A DNA stretch of 63,914 nucleotides from Octopus bimaculoides (GCF_001194135.2 NC_068987.1:107177778-107241691); one strand, 5' to 3'. Shown: positions 13,745-27,694, counted from the first letter of the stretch. The notes: generated by a model not told the origin, from the letters alone. Made by a program: numbers and translations.

Positions 13745-14399
13745 TATATGTGTGTGTATACACACACACATACATACATGCATACATACATACATATACA
13801 TACATATACATACATACATATATACATACATACATACATACACAGAGCACAAAAGCAGACACAGATTCTCAAACACATATAAGCATGCAAGCACATTGAG
13901 ACAAAACACTTGTATCTACACATAGACATGCACTGATTCATACATAGACATACGCCATTTAATGGACGTGGTGGAATTGTGTATAGTGACAAATATATGT
14001 AGACGCACACATTGGCTAAATGTAATGATTATACACCAAACGTGTACTAAGTTATTCACACTCATATACTCAAGCACATACGCAAGCACATATATGAACG
14101 TTATAGTGAGCACATACACACGAGTAATGAGATCGGTATGTGTGGGCATTGTGTGTATGTTTGTGTATGTAAGTTTATGTGCATGTGTGTGTGTGTGTTT
14201 GTGTGTGAACAAAACCACACTTACTGGAATAAACAGTCTTTAGAGTCAAGAAGTATATGATTAATTACATACATACATATGTATATATATATATATATGT
14301 CTATATCATTAATTACACACAAATACACACACAAAAACACACAAATGCACACACACCACACGAACAAACACACATAAACACACACACACACACACGCAC

Positions 14400-14482
<83 letters not shown>

Positions 14483-14600
14483 CGCGGGCATACAGATGCT
14501 ACGAGGTACTGAATCGTACAAATATATATATATATGCATACTTACTACACACACCTACATACCTACATACATACATACACACATACACACATACATACTC
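13745..14600. repeat. (CATA)n/(CA)n/(TG)n/(TA)n low-complexity blocks
   Basis: Direct reading. Confidence 0.85.
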
Positions 14601-15210
14601 ACACACAGACAAACAAATGATCACAGATTCACAAAACATAATTTTGCAAACACTTCGTAAACGTTAGAGTCGGATACATTTAACTCTGCAAGTTCAAATT
14701 ATGAAAAAAATTCTTGCTTAGTTTTGTTATTAGCATTATTGCATTTGGCCCTCTACTATTTCTTTGTTTGCTGCAGAGAAGTAGCCACAGCGCAGTAACC
14801 AGTAACATAACCTGTTAAAGGTGTATATATGGCAATGCAGTATTTCACACACGCGTTCAATATCCGTGCGATGACCAGTAACTACCATACATTAGTCTCG
14901 AATCGATACATTCTTTTGTGAAGATAAGCTAGAATACTCTCTTTGCCTGGTACATAGTGCGAGGTGTGTTGAGCGCATTGGGATGTTTTGAGGACATATT
15001 TCTGGGATGGACCTAATGATTGTTAATATATATTAAAGCTTTATTAAAGCTCATTATTGATGCTTTACAATCCGTTCCATACCTTTATTGAATATCACAT
15101 ACTTGACGTATGTGTGTTATCAAGATCACATACTTGAGGCAACTGTGTTCTTTAAACACCACATACTGCGTGTTTTTGTTCCGGAAAGATTCGTTTAAAG
15201 TAGTATACTC

Positions 15211-15440
15211 CTACTCTTTACTCTTTTATTTGTTTCAGTCATTTGACTGCGGCCATGCTGAAGCAACTCATTTATTCGAGCAAATCAACCCCAGGACTTA
15301 TTCTTTGGAAGCCTAGTATTTATTTTATCTGTCTCTTATGCCGAACCGTTAAGTTACGGAGACGCAAACACACCACCATGCTGGTGGGACAAACACAGAT
15401 ACACATACATATATGGCGATGTTGGGGGGGACAAACAAAG

Positions 15441-15525
<85 letters not shown>

Positions 15526-15720
15526 TATATATATTTATATATATACACATATATACGATGGGCTTCTTTCAGTTTCCGTCTACCAAATCCACTCATACGT
15601 CTTTGGTTGGCCCGAGGCTATAGTAGAAGACACTTTCCCAAGGTGCCACGCAGTAGGACTGAACCCGGAACCATGTGGTTGGTAAGCAAGCTACTTACCA
15701 CAAAGCCACTCCTGCGCCTA
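15211..15720 (-). mobile_element. SINE family A, full-length, low divergence, with expanded internal (CA)n(TA)n
   Basis: Reverse complement reads taggcgcaggagtggctttgtggtaagtagcttgcttaccaaccacatggttccgggttcagtcc…gcaccttggg (tRNA-like A/B boxes followed by a CORE-like ccttggg.aagtg), then the tail …gcatggccgcagtcaaatgactgaaacaaataaaag. Confidence 0.92.
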
Positions 15721-18050
15721 TATTGTTAAAAAGCACAGTATTCTGGAGGAAATGATAAAGAGATCGTGAAGTACAGTATTTCTCTTTTTTTGCAACTTAT
15801 CAATACTGTGCATTCGCCTCACTTCCCAAACTAAATGGAAATCTATAGTCCGAAGTGTATACTGAAAGTGCCGAAATTTTGTTGATTATTTGTATTTGTG
15901 TCACATATATAGAATAAACTAAAATTATGGAATAGAAATATCTCTGTAATCTAAGCCGGTCTTAGCGTTTAAACAACATACGTACATGAAATATGTGATA
16001 TTAGTAATGTTTAAATTATAGCTACTTCCACTGAATAATGTCAAAACATTCATATCTTTTCTCAACGGTAAGCATTTTGAAGGGTAAGCTATAGGTCGAC
16101 TGTATGCACCTCATTACAAAATTAGTACTTTATTTTATCAACTTTCAAGAAAACAAAATGCAACGTCTACTTCTGCGGGGATTTCATTCCAGACACAAGA
16201 AAATGATAAAAGGCATCTTATCCAACAGGCTATATATTCTTTTATTTTTCTCCTCAATGTTAAGATGGGCTTGTCTCCATTTGATTGAAGTTTGCGAATG
16301 AGCTGTAGAAAGATAATGTCCAGGGGCTTCAATTTCGCTGATGATTTAATACGTTTACTCAATAATATAGTTAAAAATCCGAATACCGACTTGAATCTAT
16401 CAATTAAACCCTATAAATCTATTCCTAATCTTCGATGTTCACAGATTGCATATTTAGACAACAGCCTTCCACTTTTCAATAATTCAAGCACTCTTGCACC
16501 CCATCCTGGGGTCGATTTGCTCGACTACAGATATTGCAACATATTTTCCAAACTTCTATCGAGACACTGCACTCTATGGTGATGAATCTGGTACACGGTA
16601 TCATATACGAGACCAATTGCGTAGTGTAGCATCTTCGTCTTAGCTCTATGACTTACGGTAAATATTGTGACTTCAAGTAATAATAACTTCACATTACATT
16701 ACATATCCTTAAGTTAAATCTTATAGCTATAACTTTTTGTATCCCGTGACCTCATGCAACCGTATGTAAAAATCCCGTTTTCTGATATGAAGTTTATTTA
16801 CTTAACATCTCCACCTGTACTGCATGTTGGCATGGGATCTCGGCATCATATATCCTTACTAATTGTTGCCTTGAAAATCTTGTCCTGTATCATAATCATT
16901 AAACAAATATTTAATAGTTAATTATGCAACTAACAACAGTTACACCTCAAGAAACTGTACGCGATGGGCTGGGTATATCCTGTTTGGACAGCTGATCTGA
17001 TCGTAAGCAAATGAAGCCGTATTGAACATAATTATCTAAAAAGAACATATTTACAGTGTTTTTGCTATATTCACTCGATAAAATGCGTAAACTATGTCGT
17101 ATTTTCACCACAATCCAGACACTGCAAATCTCTCTTTCTTGTTCGATTGTCAGTGGAATCCCCTTTTTCTTCGTAGGAACGGTAACGCAATAGACTCAGT
17201 TACATGTAACCGATGTGTACTCGTAAAGAGGTCAGAGTAATTCATGACACAATACTTTTGACTAATTCATAAAATCCTTCAGCCATTTTTATTCATTCAC
17301 ATTATTTTAATATTTAACATAGGTGACTGTCTGAAGTTCAACTGGCCGACCGACATGTTCTACTTCAGGTGAACTTAAAAAGAACGCATGATCGTGGTAG
17401 TGGTTTCAATATCAGCTTTTCGACTGTACCCGTCTTCCTTTTTTTTTTTTTTCAGATCCTCAAGTTTACTTTGTGTGAGTCTTTACGAAAACTAAATGTA
17501 GCACAGTATATTTAATTAAATATTCACGAGACTTTAAGACCTTGTTTGGATAATCCCGAATTTCGAGTAATTACTATTTGGATAAACAAGGTATAGCTAA
17601 TTTAAATAAATATTTAATCAGCTGTTATTTATAAACTCAATATATCTACTTAACTATTTAATTATTTATTTATCTGATTAGTTAGTTAATAATCTATTGC
17701 ATCAACTTTAAAATCTGGTTTTTAATTACCCTACATTTTCATAATTTTCATTCAGCATTCAACACGTGTATCCATTGATAGTGCATATTCCTGCTCTAAT
17801 TGCATTACTGAACTAATGTATATCACTTCGTTGTATTTTTATTATTCTCATTCAATTTATCATCTTTAACATAATGTTTTTTCTCATCTATTTATTTAAT
17901 TTAATACTCAATTCCAATTATCTCCCTTTAAATATAATCTGGGAATCGTTTCTCTCCATAAAATACTTATAAGGTTTCCTGAGTGAATGACTACATATTT
18001 CACGTGTTAATGAGAAAGCACATTTAGTTAATGAGAGCTGATTGTATAAT

Positions 18051-18205
18051 GACGCAGGCATGGGCGTGTTGTATGAAGTTTACTTTACAACCGCACGATT
18101 CTAGGTTCAATTATATGCGTGGAACCTTGGACAAATGTCTTCTACAACAGCCCGAGGCTGACCAAATACCTGTGAATAGATTTCGTAGAAGGAGACTGAA
18201 AAATA
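18051..18205 (+). mobile_element. SINE family A 5' half
   Basis: gacgcaggcatgggcgtg…ctaggttcaa…gcgtggaaccttggacaaatgtcttctac…gaggctgaccaaa…tagatttcgtaga. Confidence 0.75.
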
Positions 18206-19513
18206 TTCCTCAAATATATTCTTACGTTTGTTTGTGCTTGTGCATGTGAGTGCGTGAGTGTCTGTGTATGTGATTTCGTGTGTTTATGTACAATACATAC
18301 ATATATACATACACACACACATATATATACATATATATATTCTTTTATTTAGTTTAATTGTTTCATTCTTTTTGACTGCAACCGAAAATATGGAAGTTGA
18401 GTGCTTTTGATGAATCTAGCATCGATCACAAATGATTGGTGAAACCTTGAATTCCACAACGCAGAGTCTGAGTGACGAGCTGCATATAATGAAAGAAAGG
18501 GCGATAGTAATGGCTGTTGATGTCAGCAATCTCAGGCTGTAATTCCTCAGATACTCCAGTTGATAAGATCAATAATGTCTCAAGATATTTTAGTCATTGC
18601 ACCATGTTTATTGACTTAGCGTTACCAGTAATATGCCATTGCACCTGAGTGGTGACGATACCATTGGTAAGGTCTCCGTTCCTTTACTTAAGTGTTAAAC
18701 TCAATTGTCATACGAATATATCACTGAAATGTAACAGGAAATGAATTGTTAGAGAGAGACATCTAGATTTATATCACGTAACTGTTGGCCCCACTACGTT
18801 GCGAACGAAGAAATTCATCACCAGAGCAAAACAAAAATGAAATGAAATATGAAATAATGTCGCTTTAAATGTTATGAACAGAAACTCTACAACATGCTAC
18901 CTGGGAGTAAATAAAATACAAATCAATATACACCAGTTACTTCTCAGCAGCTGATTATAAACTATGCAATCAAATTTCGGAACATTCTATAACTGGAAAA
19001 AAAAGAGAGAAACGCAAACATACACCCCATTCTTTAATGCTGAGGATTACAGCATCCATTTATAACTGCTTCTTAGAGTAGTGTCTTTACAACTTTGCAA
19101 GCAATGGTATATGACTCATTACGAAAAATATGATGCTCCAGGTCCGGAAGATCACGATTTATCAGGGGAATGTGCTGGTGTTTCATTAGAACAATCAGTA
19201 AAACTAATAGGTTTGGTATTTAAATTTCAGAGGTTTCAATTTCCTGTCAGATACAGATTTGCCTTCACCGTCTATAAATTTCACGGGCAATCAACGAAAG
19301 TTATTGAAATGAATCTGGCTTATCCTGCCTTTCCACGTTGACAGCTACTGCAGCATGTGTGAACTCTGACAATCTCTTCGTTGTAGTACACTGACAGTCT
19401 CTTCATTATTAGGCACAGCTAAGAATACTGTTTATCCCAAGACTGGGGAATGGAAAAATGTGAAAGCAATAACGCCGCCCAACGAATACAGAGTTGCAAA
19501 GTCATTAGTCACA

Positions 19514-20422
19514 TGCGAGGTGGTATCAAAAGCTTCCCTGACTAGTTTTGTTGCGCACCGCGAGATGGCATCACATGGTTGCCTGCACAACGAAAGCTTG
19601 CAGTGACCTTCATGAAGCAGTGTTCTAAGTAACATCGCTGTGCTTACTTCCCAAGTTGTGAAATGTATATGTTTCTGATCACGCGTATGTTGCGATCTGC
19701 GATTTTGTCACGGACAGGAAGTTGGAACAAGGAGTTAACGTGAAATTAAGTGTTAAACTTGGGGACTCTGCTACAGCGTCATTGAGTACGACTCGTAGAC
19801 GAAGCAGCAGTTGTCACAAGGGAAGAGATCTCCATCTCCATGACCGAAGAGGCCATGACACAGACGTAGCTCAATCAAGAATGATCATCGTTTTATTCGA
19901 CATCCGGAGTATTGTGCATCGAGAACTCGCCCCCACCTCCGCGTCAAGACCGTCGACTGAGAGTTCTATCGCGATCTTTTGAAGCGTTTGAAGAAGGACA
20001 TTCGGTGAGAGTGACCGGATGTGCGGAGGAGGAAGAATTGGAGTCTTCACGACGACAATCCACCCTGTCATTGAGCACTCCTCTCTCATGTGTTTCTCGC
20101 CAAAAACAATATGGTATCGCTTCTGTACTCGCCCTATTCACCAGATTTAGCATCTGCGGACTTCTATTTTTTCCCCCAAAATGCAGCTCAAAGGTCGCTG
20201 ATTTAACACCTCTGTGGAGATCAAGAGCGAGTGGCAGAAGATCCTTGACTCTCTTACGGGAAATGACTTCCAGATTGGATTACCAAAGTGGCAGGAACGC
20301 AGTTATCGGTGTATCGCTGCGCAATGAGTCTATTTCTAAGACGTTGATGCTAAAACTTGGGTAAATGAGTTATTTTTTATTTAAACATAATTAGTCTGGA
20401 AACCTTTTGATACTACCTCGTA
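19514..20422 (+). mobile_element. mariner (DD34D-type) transposon, internally deleted, with both ~31-bp TIRs
   Basis: TIR-L tgcgaggtggtatcaaaagcttccctgacta (19514-19544) matches the reverse complement of TIR-R (20392-20422), tacgaggtagtatcaaaaggtttccagacta. Frameshifted transposase remnants: MEQGVNVKLSVKLGDSAT, MIIVLFDIRSIVHRE, LHDDNPPCH, YSPDLASADFYFFP, WQER..RCIAAQ. Confidence 0.92.
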
Positions 20423-21030
20423 GACTGTATGATGCAGCAGAGTCTCCATATCACTGGGTGATGTTCCTTCGATACAGTATCCGGCTATAACATTTTAGCT
20501 GTATTTGTGTGCAAATGCATACACATATATAAAGACACACACATAAACACACACACACTCATACACACATATACATACGTACATACATACAGATAGATAT
20601 ACTTGTACACTCATATATATTTATGAGTTTGTTCACCACAAATATCCAGGCTACTCTTCTTAAATACAAATATTCATTTAAATTTATATATTAATAGCCA
20701 ATTTTTTTTGTCTTAACTAACGTACACACACACACACACACACACCGAGGAAGAGATAGATAGATAGATAGATAGTTAAAAGGAAGAAAGAAAGAGAATG
20801 AGAGATAGAGACGGGACTTTCACAGAAATAAAGGTGATACATGGCAACTGGCTGTAATGTGGAAAGAGAGAGATCAAGAGGTATATAAATATGCCAATAC
20901 AGAAATGTAGATGCATAGAAAGATGATTACTTTCGTTTCTCAGATACAGAAAACATTAAGGTTGGGTAGTGGCATCGCCTGCCTGAGTTTGAGCCGGTCA
21001 TGAAATCAATATATTTTATCATTTAATAGT

Positions 21031-21212
21031 ATTGCTTTCAAAATTTGCTGCCAGTAATTTCTGGGAAGGGAATCAGTTGATTAGATCGCCCCACCTCCTA
21101 GTCTTCAACTGGTACTTAATTTATCGACCCCAAAATGATGGAAGACAAAGTCGTGAAGGCGGACGAAATGATGCTAAACCCGGCGTGCTAACGTTTGTGG
21201 AAGTTTGCCACT
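21031..21212 (-). mobile_element. SINE family B
   Basis: ttgctttcaaaattt…actggtacttaatttatcgacccc…gacaaagtcg…ggcgtgctaacgtt matches other B copies. Confidence 0.75.
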
Positions 21213-21516
21213 TTATCATTTAATTATGTTACATTTTATTTATTAACCAGCATACACATACATGCAAACATACACACGCACACATACACACACGCACACA
21301 TACACACGCACACAAACGATGCACACACACAAACACACACATATACACGCAAACAGGAAAGTGTTCAATACATGTGGTAGATTTATGATTTCTGAAAGTG
21401 GATTTTTAATCTTAAGTTTTACGCCATGACACTCTTGTTCTCTGTTTCTATCTCTTTCTCTTTCTCACTCAGTCTTTCTTTTTCCCGCTCACTCTCCTTC
21501 CCACTTTGTCAGTCTG

Positions 21517-21599
<83 letters not shown>

Positions 21600-21728
21600 T
21601 TGTGTCATGCATATACACACGCATCAGATTTCTGCACAGATCACATGTACTAAATTCCCCACTTATGTAATCAGTCCACTTAAAAACATTGAAACCGACG
21701 AGCACTTGCTCCAAATAATGCGAAGTGA

Positions 21729-21790
21729 GTGGTGGAATCTATAAGACTGTGATTTCAAAGTCAGCGCCTTAACCGCACTAACTAGGCCTA
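21729..21790 (-). other. Degenerate tRNA-like fragment (probable SINE head)
   Basis: Reverse complement gtgcggttaaggcgctgactttgaaatcac…gattccacc resembles tRNA-Ser/Leu D-arm and anticodon region plus a partial B box; no complete cloverleaf. Confidence 0.35.
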
Positions 21791-22594
21791 GTAAAACACA
21801 CAGCATGCGTGCTTTTGTTTCTTTATAATTGAAAGATAGTATGTACACCTTTGAATAAAAAGAAAATGTAAAAACAAACAAAATGCAAAAGCAAAAAAGG
21901 CTTAGCTATGACAAAATAATGAGGTTTGATTTAAGCTTATCTTTTACATGTGGTGCCGATTTCTTAATGATAATGCACTGGAGTTCTTAAGAAACATTTG
22001 CCATTTTATGCGCTATCCCCCGCCATTAAATTTTCAATTGTCTTCTGCCTATAATATTTGTTTCGTACTTAAAACGTCACACATTTCCACTAAAATCATA
22101 TATTTATAATATAGCTTCATACTTGAGGAAATGAAACGTCTAAAGCGTAATGTTATTTTATTTTATTTTTTCATTTTACTTTCACTTGCTTATTTATAGA
22201 TTTTTCTATTATATTATCGCTCTCAGTATTTCTTTTTCCAGCGAGTTTCTTATTCTTCTCAATACTATCTCTCTTTGATTTTGTCATTCTTTAGTTTTTA
22301 ATTTAATTTTTGTTTATATACTGCTTTGCATTTTTACTTTTGCCTTTTATTACTTCCTTTTTGTCATTTTCGTTGTTTCCTTTGCCTTCCTTCAATCTAC
22401 TCGTTTATCTTTATTTAGAATCGTTTCCTTTAGATTCTAGCATCTATATACTTATTCTATCCGCTAAACGTGCAGAGAATTTAATAATACAACATCGTGC
22501 ATTGCAGCTGCAGCAGCTGCCGTTTCTCTAGATGTAACCACTGCTCTGCTTCCAAATCTTGCGTCTACTATCATACCAATACTAAAATATATTT

Positions 22595-22750
22595 TTGTAC
22601 ACTAGGCCCAAGGCCTCACAATTTAGGGAAGAGAACATCGATTATGTCGTTATCAATTCTACAATCGTACTTATTTTATCGACCTCTAGAAGGATGAAAG
22701 GCAAAGTCGGCTTCCGTGGAATTAGAACTTAAAACATAAAGCCGGAAGAA
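22595..22750 (-). mobile_element. SINE family B, partial
   Basis: gtacttattttatcgacctctagaaggatgaaaggcaaagtcggcttccgtggaattagaact. Confidence 0.75.
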
Positions 22751-22764
22751 ACTTGTGATAAAGA

Positions 22765-23400
<636 letters not shown>

Positions 23401-23409
23401 TTTCAGAAT

Positions 23410-23458
23410 TAAAACAACAACAACAACAACAACAGCAACAACAACAACAACAACGATG

Positions 23459-23534
<76 letters not shown>

Positions 23535-23552
23535 TAATAATAATAATAATAG
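23410..23552. repeat. (AAC)n(AAT)n microsatellite
   Basis: Direct reading; 3' flank of the R4/Dong relic. Confidence 0.95.
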
Positions 23553-23659
23553 AAGAGTGCCATTGCCATCTAGTGAACCTGTTGAAGACACGAGATGTCG
23601 AAATATCGTTCACTATATGACAATGTCACTCTTCTTTTAATTTTCACTCAATATCTTCT

Positions 23660-25110
23660 GGAGGAAAAAGTTGCAAATTATAGGCAGCAAAAAAAACACG
23701 AAGAGATCTTGCGATTTTAATACTCAAACAGGGAAAAGACCTCACAGAAAAAGGAATAGACTATATCACAAACTTTAAAACCAAAGAATGTCTTTTCTAT
23801 GGCCTCTCTAAAATCCACAAGAGTCAAATAGTTACAAATGCATACATAAATATCCCAACACTAGAAGACTTAAAATTAAGGCTTATGAAACACACCGCTT
23901 AAGCAACTTACTGGACATACTATTGAAACCTTTCCTTAGATATATTAAAAGTTTCATTAGAGATGATCTGGACATGCTGGAGCACCTACCAAAAACCACC
24001 AACGAAGAAGCACTATTAGTCTCCTTCGATGTCATCAACCTCTAACACCAACATTCCACACGACAACGGAACAGAGGCAATAACATTCTGGTTAGAAAAA
24101 TACCCCGAAGTTCTCCTAGACCGCATAAACTAGACTTTTGTCATTGAATCCCTGAAGTTCATTCCACAAAACAATTACTTCCTATTCGATGCAACATATC
24201 GAGCGGTATTGCGATGGGAACGAAAGCAGCACCTGTCCTTGCGAAACTAATAATAGATTTCTTTGAATCTATCCTATATGAACTTTCGCTCCAAAAATTT
24301 AGATCCCATTCTAGCAGTATATAAGAAAAAACTGGAAAAGGTACCTAGACGATTGTTATATCATCTGGAATGAAACCTATGATGAACTCCTGAGTTTCAA
24401 ATCCACACTGAACAATATAATCTTCAATATTCGATTTACAAGGGAATATAGCAAGGAACAGCTCCCATTTCTGGACATTTTGATTATAAAACAACCCAAC
24501 AAGTAATTTGTAACTAACATCTACTACAAACCAACAGACTCAAAACAGTATGTCTTTTTCACTTCATGCCACCCTAAACACACGAAAATAAATATCCCAC
24601 TCAACGTATCTAAAAGGATCTGTACAATAGTATAGGACACACCCACTCGGGAACTTCGCTCCCAAGATCTCAAAATAACACTCATTGAACATCAATACCC
24701 ACCCCCACTGATAGACGATGGAACCGATTTGTTTTCCTCAATACAACCAGATAGCTTTGAGCGGACATTTCGGCAGATGTGCAAGAAATAAAACGTCGAA
24801 TTTCCACGTCTTTCCATTATAACAATGCAAACATCCAATCTCCTTACAATAACGCCTAAACAAGGAAAACCTGTTCTTTCAAAAGTACAGACCACACGTT
24901 AGTATACAAACTTGACCAATTCAGCAATTATACGGATGAGTTAGTTGTCCCACTTTTTACCTACCTTGGTCCACTCTCTAGGCTCATTTTTATTTTTCAA
25001 GCATCCAAAATGGCAAGACCCCTTCGTCAAAAGAATTGATTACTTCACAACGTCCCTTGATAAACTAATCTAAATAGCGAAAAATAGGTTGGATATCACT
25101 ACATCCATAA
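23660..25110 (+). mobile_element. Penelope-like retroelement relic (RT plus C-terminal GIY-YIG remnant; frameshifted, internally deleted)
   Basis: Manual translation: FYGLSKIHKS, ETHRLSNLLDILLKP, LLVSFDVINL/TNIPHD, GIAMGTKAAP, WKRYLDDCYIIW (YLDD at 24342-24353), LPFLDIL, IYYKPTDSKQY…SCHPKH, QYPPPLIDDG. After ~24725 it jumps to LSGHFGRCARNKTSNFHVFPL…RLNKENLFFQKYRP, resembling an endonuclease C-terminus. Confidence 0.92.
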
Positions 25111-25135
25111 AATATGTATATATATTTTCAAATTT

Positions 25136-25166
<31 letters not shown>

Positions 25167-25293
25167 GGTTATGACCGGTAGTGGTGTCAATTAGACCCCG
25201 AGGTTTCAGTTAATGATGAGTAAGTGATATGGATAGACCATAGTTAAGCATATATATATATATATATAAATATNNNNNNNNNNNNNNNNNNNN

Positions 25294-25334
<41 letters not shown>

Positions 25335-25388
25335 ATCTATATACATATATATATGTATGTGTGCGTGCATGTGTGTGTATGAGAACTT

Positions 25389-25595
25389 ATGTCTGTGTTT
25401 GTCTCATATCTCTGGTTCACAACCGGTGTTGGTGTGTTTACATCCCCGCAACTTTGTGCTAAGTCGGGTCAGACCGATCGGATAAGTATCAGGGTTAAAA
25501 AAAAATGTACTCATGTCGACTCATTTAAGTACAGATTCTACAAGGCGGTGCTTCAGCATGGCTTCTGTCTAACAACTGAAACAAGATAAAAGATT
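25389..25595 (+). mobile_element. SINE family A 3' half
   Basis: gtctgtgtttgtc…caaccggtgttggtgtgtttacatccccg…gaccgatcggataagta…aaggcggtgcttcagcatggc…actgaaacaagataaaaga. Confidence 0.8.
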
Positions 25596-25653
25596 TTGAA
25601 AAATTCACCCACATTAGGTAGCCCGTTTAGGTGACCATACTTTTATCTTATTC

Positions 25654-25740
25654 AAGAAGAAGAAGAAGAAGAAGAAGAAGAAGAAGAAGAAGAAGAAGAA
25701 GAAGAAGAAGAAGAAGAAGAAGAAGAAGAAGAAGAAGAAG
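25654..25740. repeat. (AAG)n microsatellite
   Basis: Direct reading, ~29 units. Confidence 0.95.
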
Positions 25741-26721
25741 ATGAAAATGATGTTGAATAAGAAGATAAACAACAACAACAACAACAGGAACATCAACATT
25801 TATAACAATAGTGAATAATAGTTGTGATGGCACTACCACCAAAACAGTAAAATTCCACTTTAAATTTAATGACGTAAGATTATATTTTTAAATGGCAGAT
25901 ATTGTTAACATTTTAAACGAGAATTCTCTTCTATGAAAGAGACGCAATTGTTCTGTTTATATGTTACAGCTTTTTACTTACAATTTGTTTCAGTATCGAG
26001 GAAAATAGTTGTCCATATAAAGGGAAGAAATTGTAACAATTAATTCCTTATGAATGGTTTCCAACTCAATATATCATGTTAACATATTCAAAATAACAAT
26101 ATACACTGTTCCTTTAAAAGTTCTACGTCCATTATTTTATTGCACTTATGTGGAAGTGAAATATACAGCTGACAATTGAAAACACAGGCTTACAAGTTTA
26201 TAATGGTTAGAACGATAATTGATAAATTAAGAGATCTGACATTTTCTCTCTCTTGTCTGTTTCTTTGATATTGTCGAGGATTTACTAAAATAGATTCAAA
26301 TGTAAATTATAAATAAAATTTTTTGAAAAGTATAACATTCTGTTTAAAATCTTTTCCAGTATAGGCACAATGCCTGGAATTTAATATCACCGGGTTTAGC
26401 AGATTAGCCCAGCCCTTTGCGATGAAGTGGTACTCTTTCTTCTGGCGCCGAAAAGGTGATGTCAGAAGTCGTCCATGGCGGTTTATCAATTCACACTGGA
26501 AAGTCCGACTAAATACAGCTAGGTATTTTGTTCGGTAAGCTTACGATTCTGTTATCCCGTCGCCTTTTTACAAGATGCCAGCTCTGCATTACAAGGTAGT
26601 TTATTTAAGATGTACCTAATTTAGAGAATCTATGGATGGCCTGGACATACAAAAATGCAGCTTTGTAGAAACTGAGCCTGAAATATGCACTGATAGATTA
26701 AGGTTCAGCAAGAGTACTCAT

Positions 26722-27110
26722 AAGCGCAGGTGTGGCTGTGTGGTACGAAATTTGCTTCCCAGCCACACGGTTCCGGGTTCAGTCTCAATGAGTGGCACCT
26801 TGGGCAAGTGTCTTTTGCTATAATCTCGGACCGATCAAAGCATTGTTTGTGGATTTGGTAGACGGAAATTGAAAGAAGCCTTTCGTATCTCGTATATATG
26901 TATATGTCTATGTGTGTGTATGTCTTTGTGTCTGTGTTTGATCCCCTATCAACGCTTGACAACCGGTATTGATGTGTTTATATCCCCCGTAACATAACGG
27001 TTTGCTAAAAGAGATCGATAAAAGTAATACTAGGCTTTAAAAATAAGTTCCAGTGTCGATTTGTTCGACAAAAAATAAAAATCCTTCAAGGCTGTGCTAC
27101 AGCATAAAAG
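26722..27110 (+). mobile_element. SINE family A, near full-length
   Basis: gcgcaggtgtggctgtgtgg…ggttccgggttcagtc…ggcaccttgggcaagtgtc…ggatttggtagacggaaattgaaagaagcc…gtcgatttgttcgac…aaggctgtgctacagcat. Confidence 0.9.
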
Positions 27111-27482
27111 AATACGAAAAATGTAGAAGACCAGTGATATTGGAAAGGCATGTATTTACTGGCGATTCAATGATTTGTTTTTAAACTGCAGATGTAGAGA
27201 CATTGGTTATATATATATATATATATATATATNNNNNNNNNNNNNNNNNNNNNNNNTCTTATATATATATATATATTGGTGTTATAGTGAAACTGAGGCT
27301 GAAGATGCATAAATAGAACACACAAGACAAAGTCATTAATACGGATGAACTTAGAAAACGTGCTATTATGTTGGGGATGTTCTTTATTAATTACTGAAAC
27401 GTTTTCATGTACAAAATATAGAGTCACCACACAAATATATGCTGATTGCAATCAAACTTACCCAAATTACAGCGTGCACGAA

Positions 27483-27683
27483 GGAGGGGCGTTTGTACAA
27501 TCGTTAGCACACCGCGCAAAATGCTTACCGGTATGTCGCCTCTCTTTACGTTGTGAGATCAGATTCCGCGGTGGCCAACATTTGCCTTTCTTCCTTTCAG
27601 GCTCGATGAGTACCGAGGTTGGTGTAATCGACTAGTCCCCTCCCAGAAACTGTTGACCTGGTGCCAAAATTTGAAACCCAATT
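27483..27683 (+). mobile_element. SINE family B
   Basis: ggaggggcg…aatcgttagcacaccgcgcaaaatgctt…tttgcctttc…gtgtaatcgactagtcccc…gtgccaaaatttgaaacc. Confidence 0.8.
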
Positions 27684-27694
27684 ACAAAGGACAA

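Noticed and set aside
16138-16582. Two minus-strand ORFs (74 and 96 aa) as a host exon
   Set aside because: No recognisable domain or convincing splice sites, and a SINE-derived 24-mer interrupts the region.
18440-18720. Possible decayed LINE 3' end or exon
   Set aside because: Only vague similarity by eye, and the frames I translated contain stops.
19081-19341. 86-aa ORF in non-repeat sequence
   Set aside because: Non-ATG start, no motif, and length within chance expectation.
19912-20364. 150-aa ORF as a gene
   Set aside because: Out-of-frame read-through across a frameshifted mariner transposase.
21729-21790. Functional tRNA gene
   Set aside because: No acceptor or T stem; only a partial tRNA-like motif.
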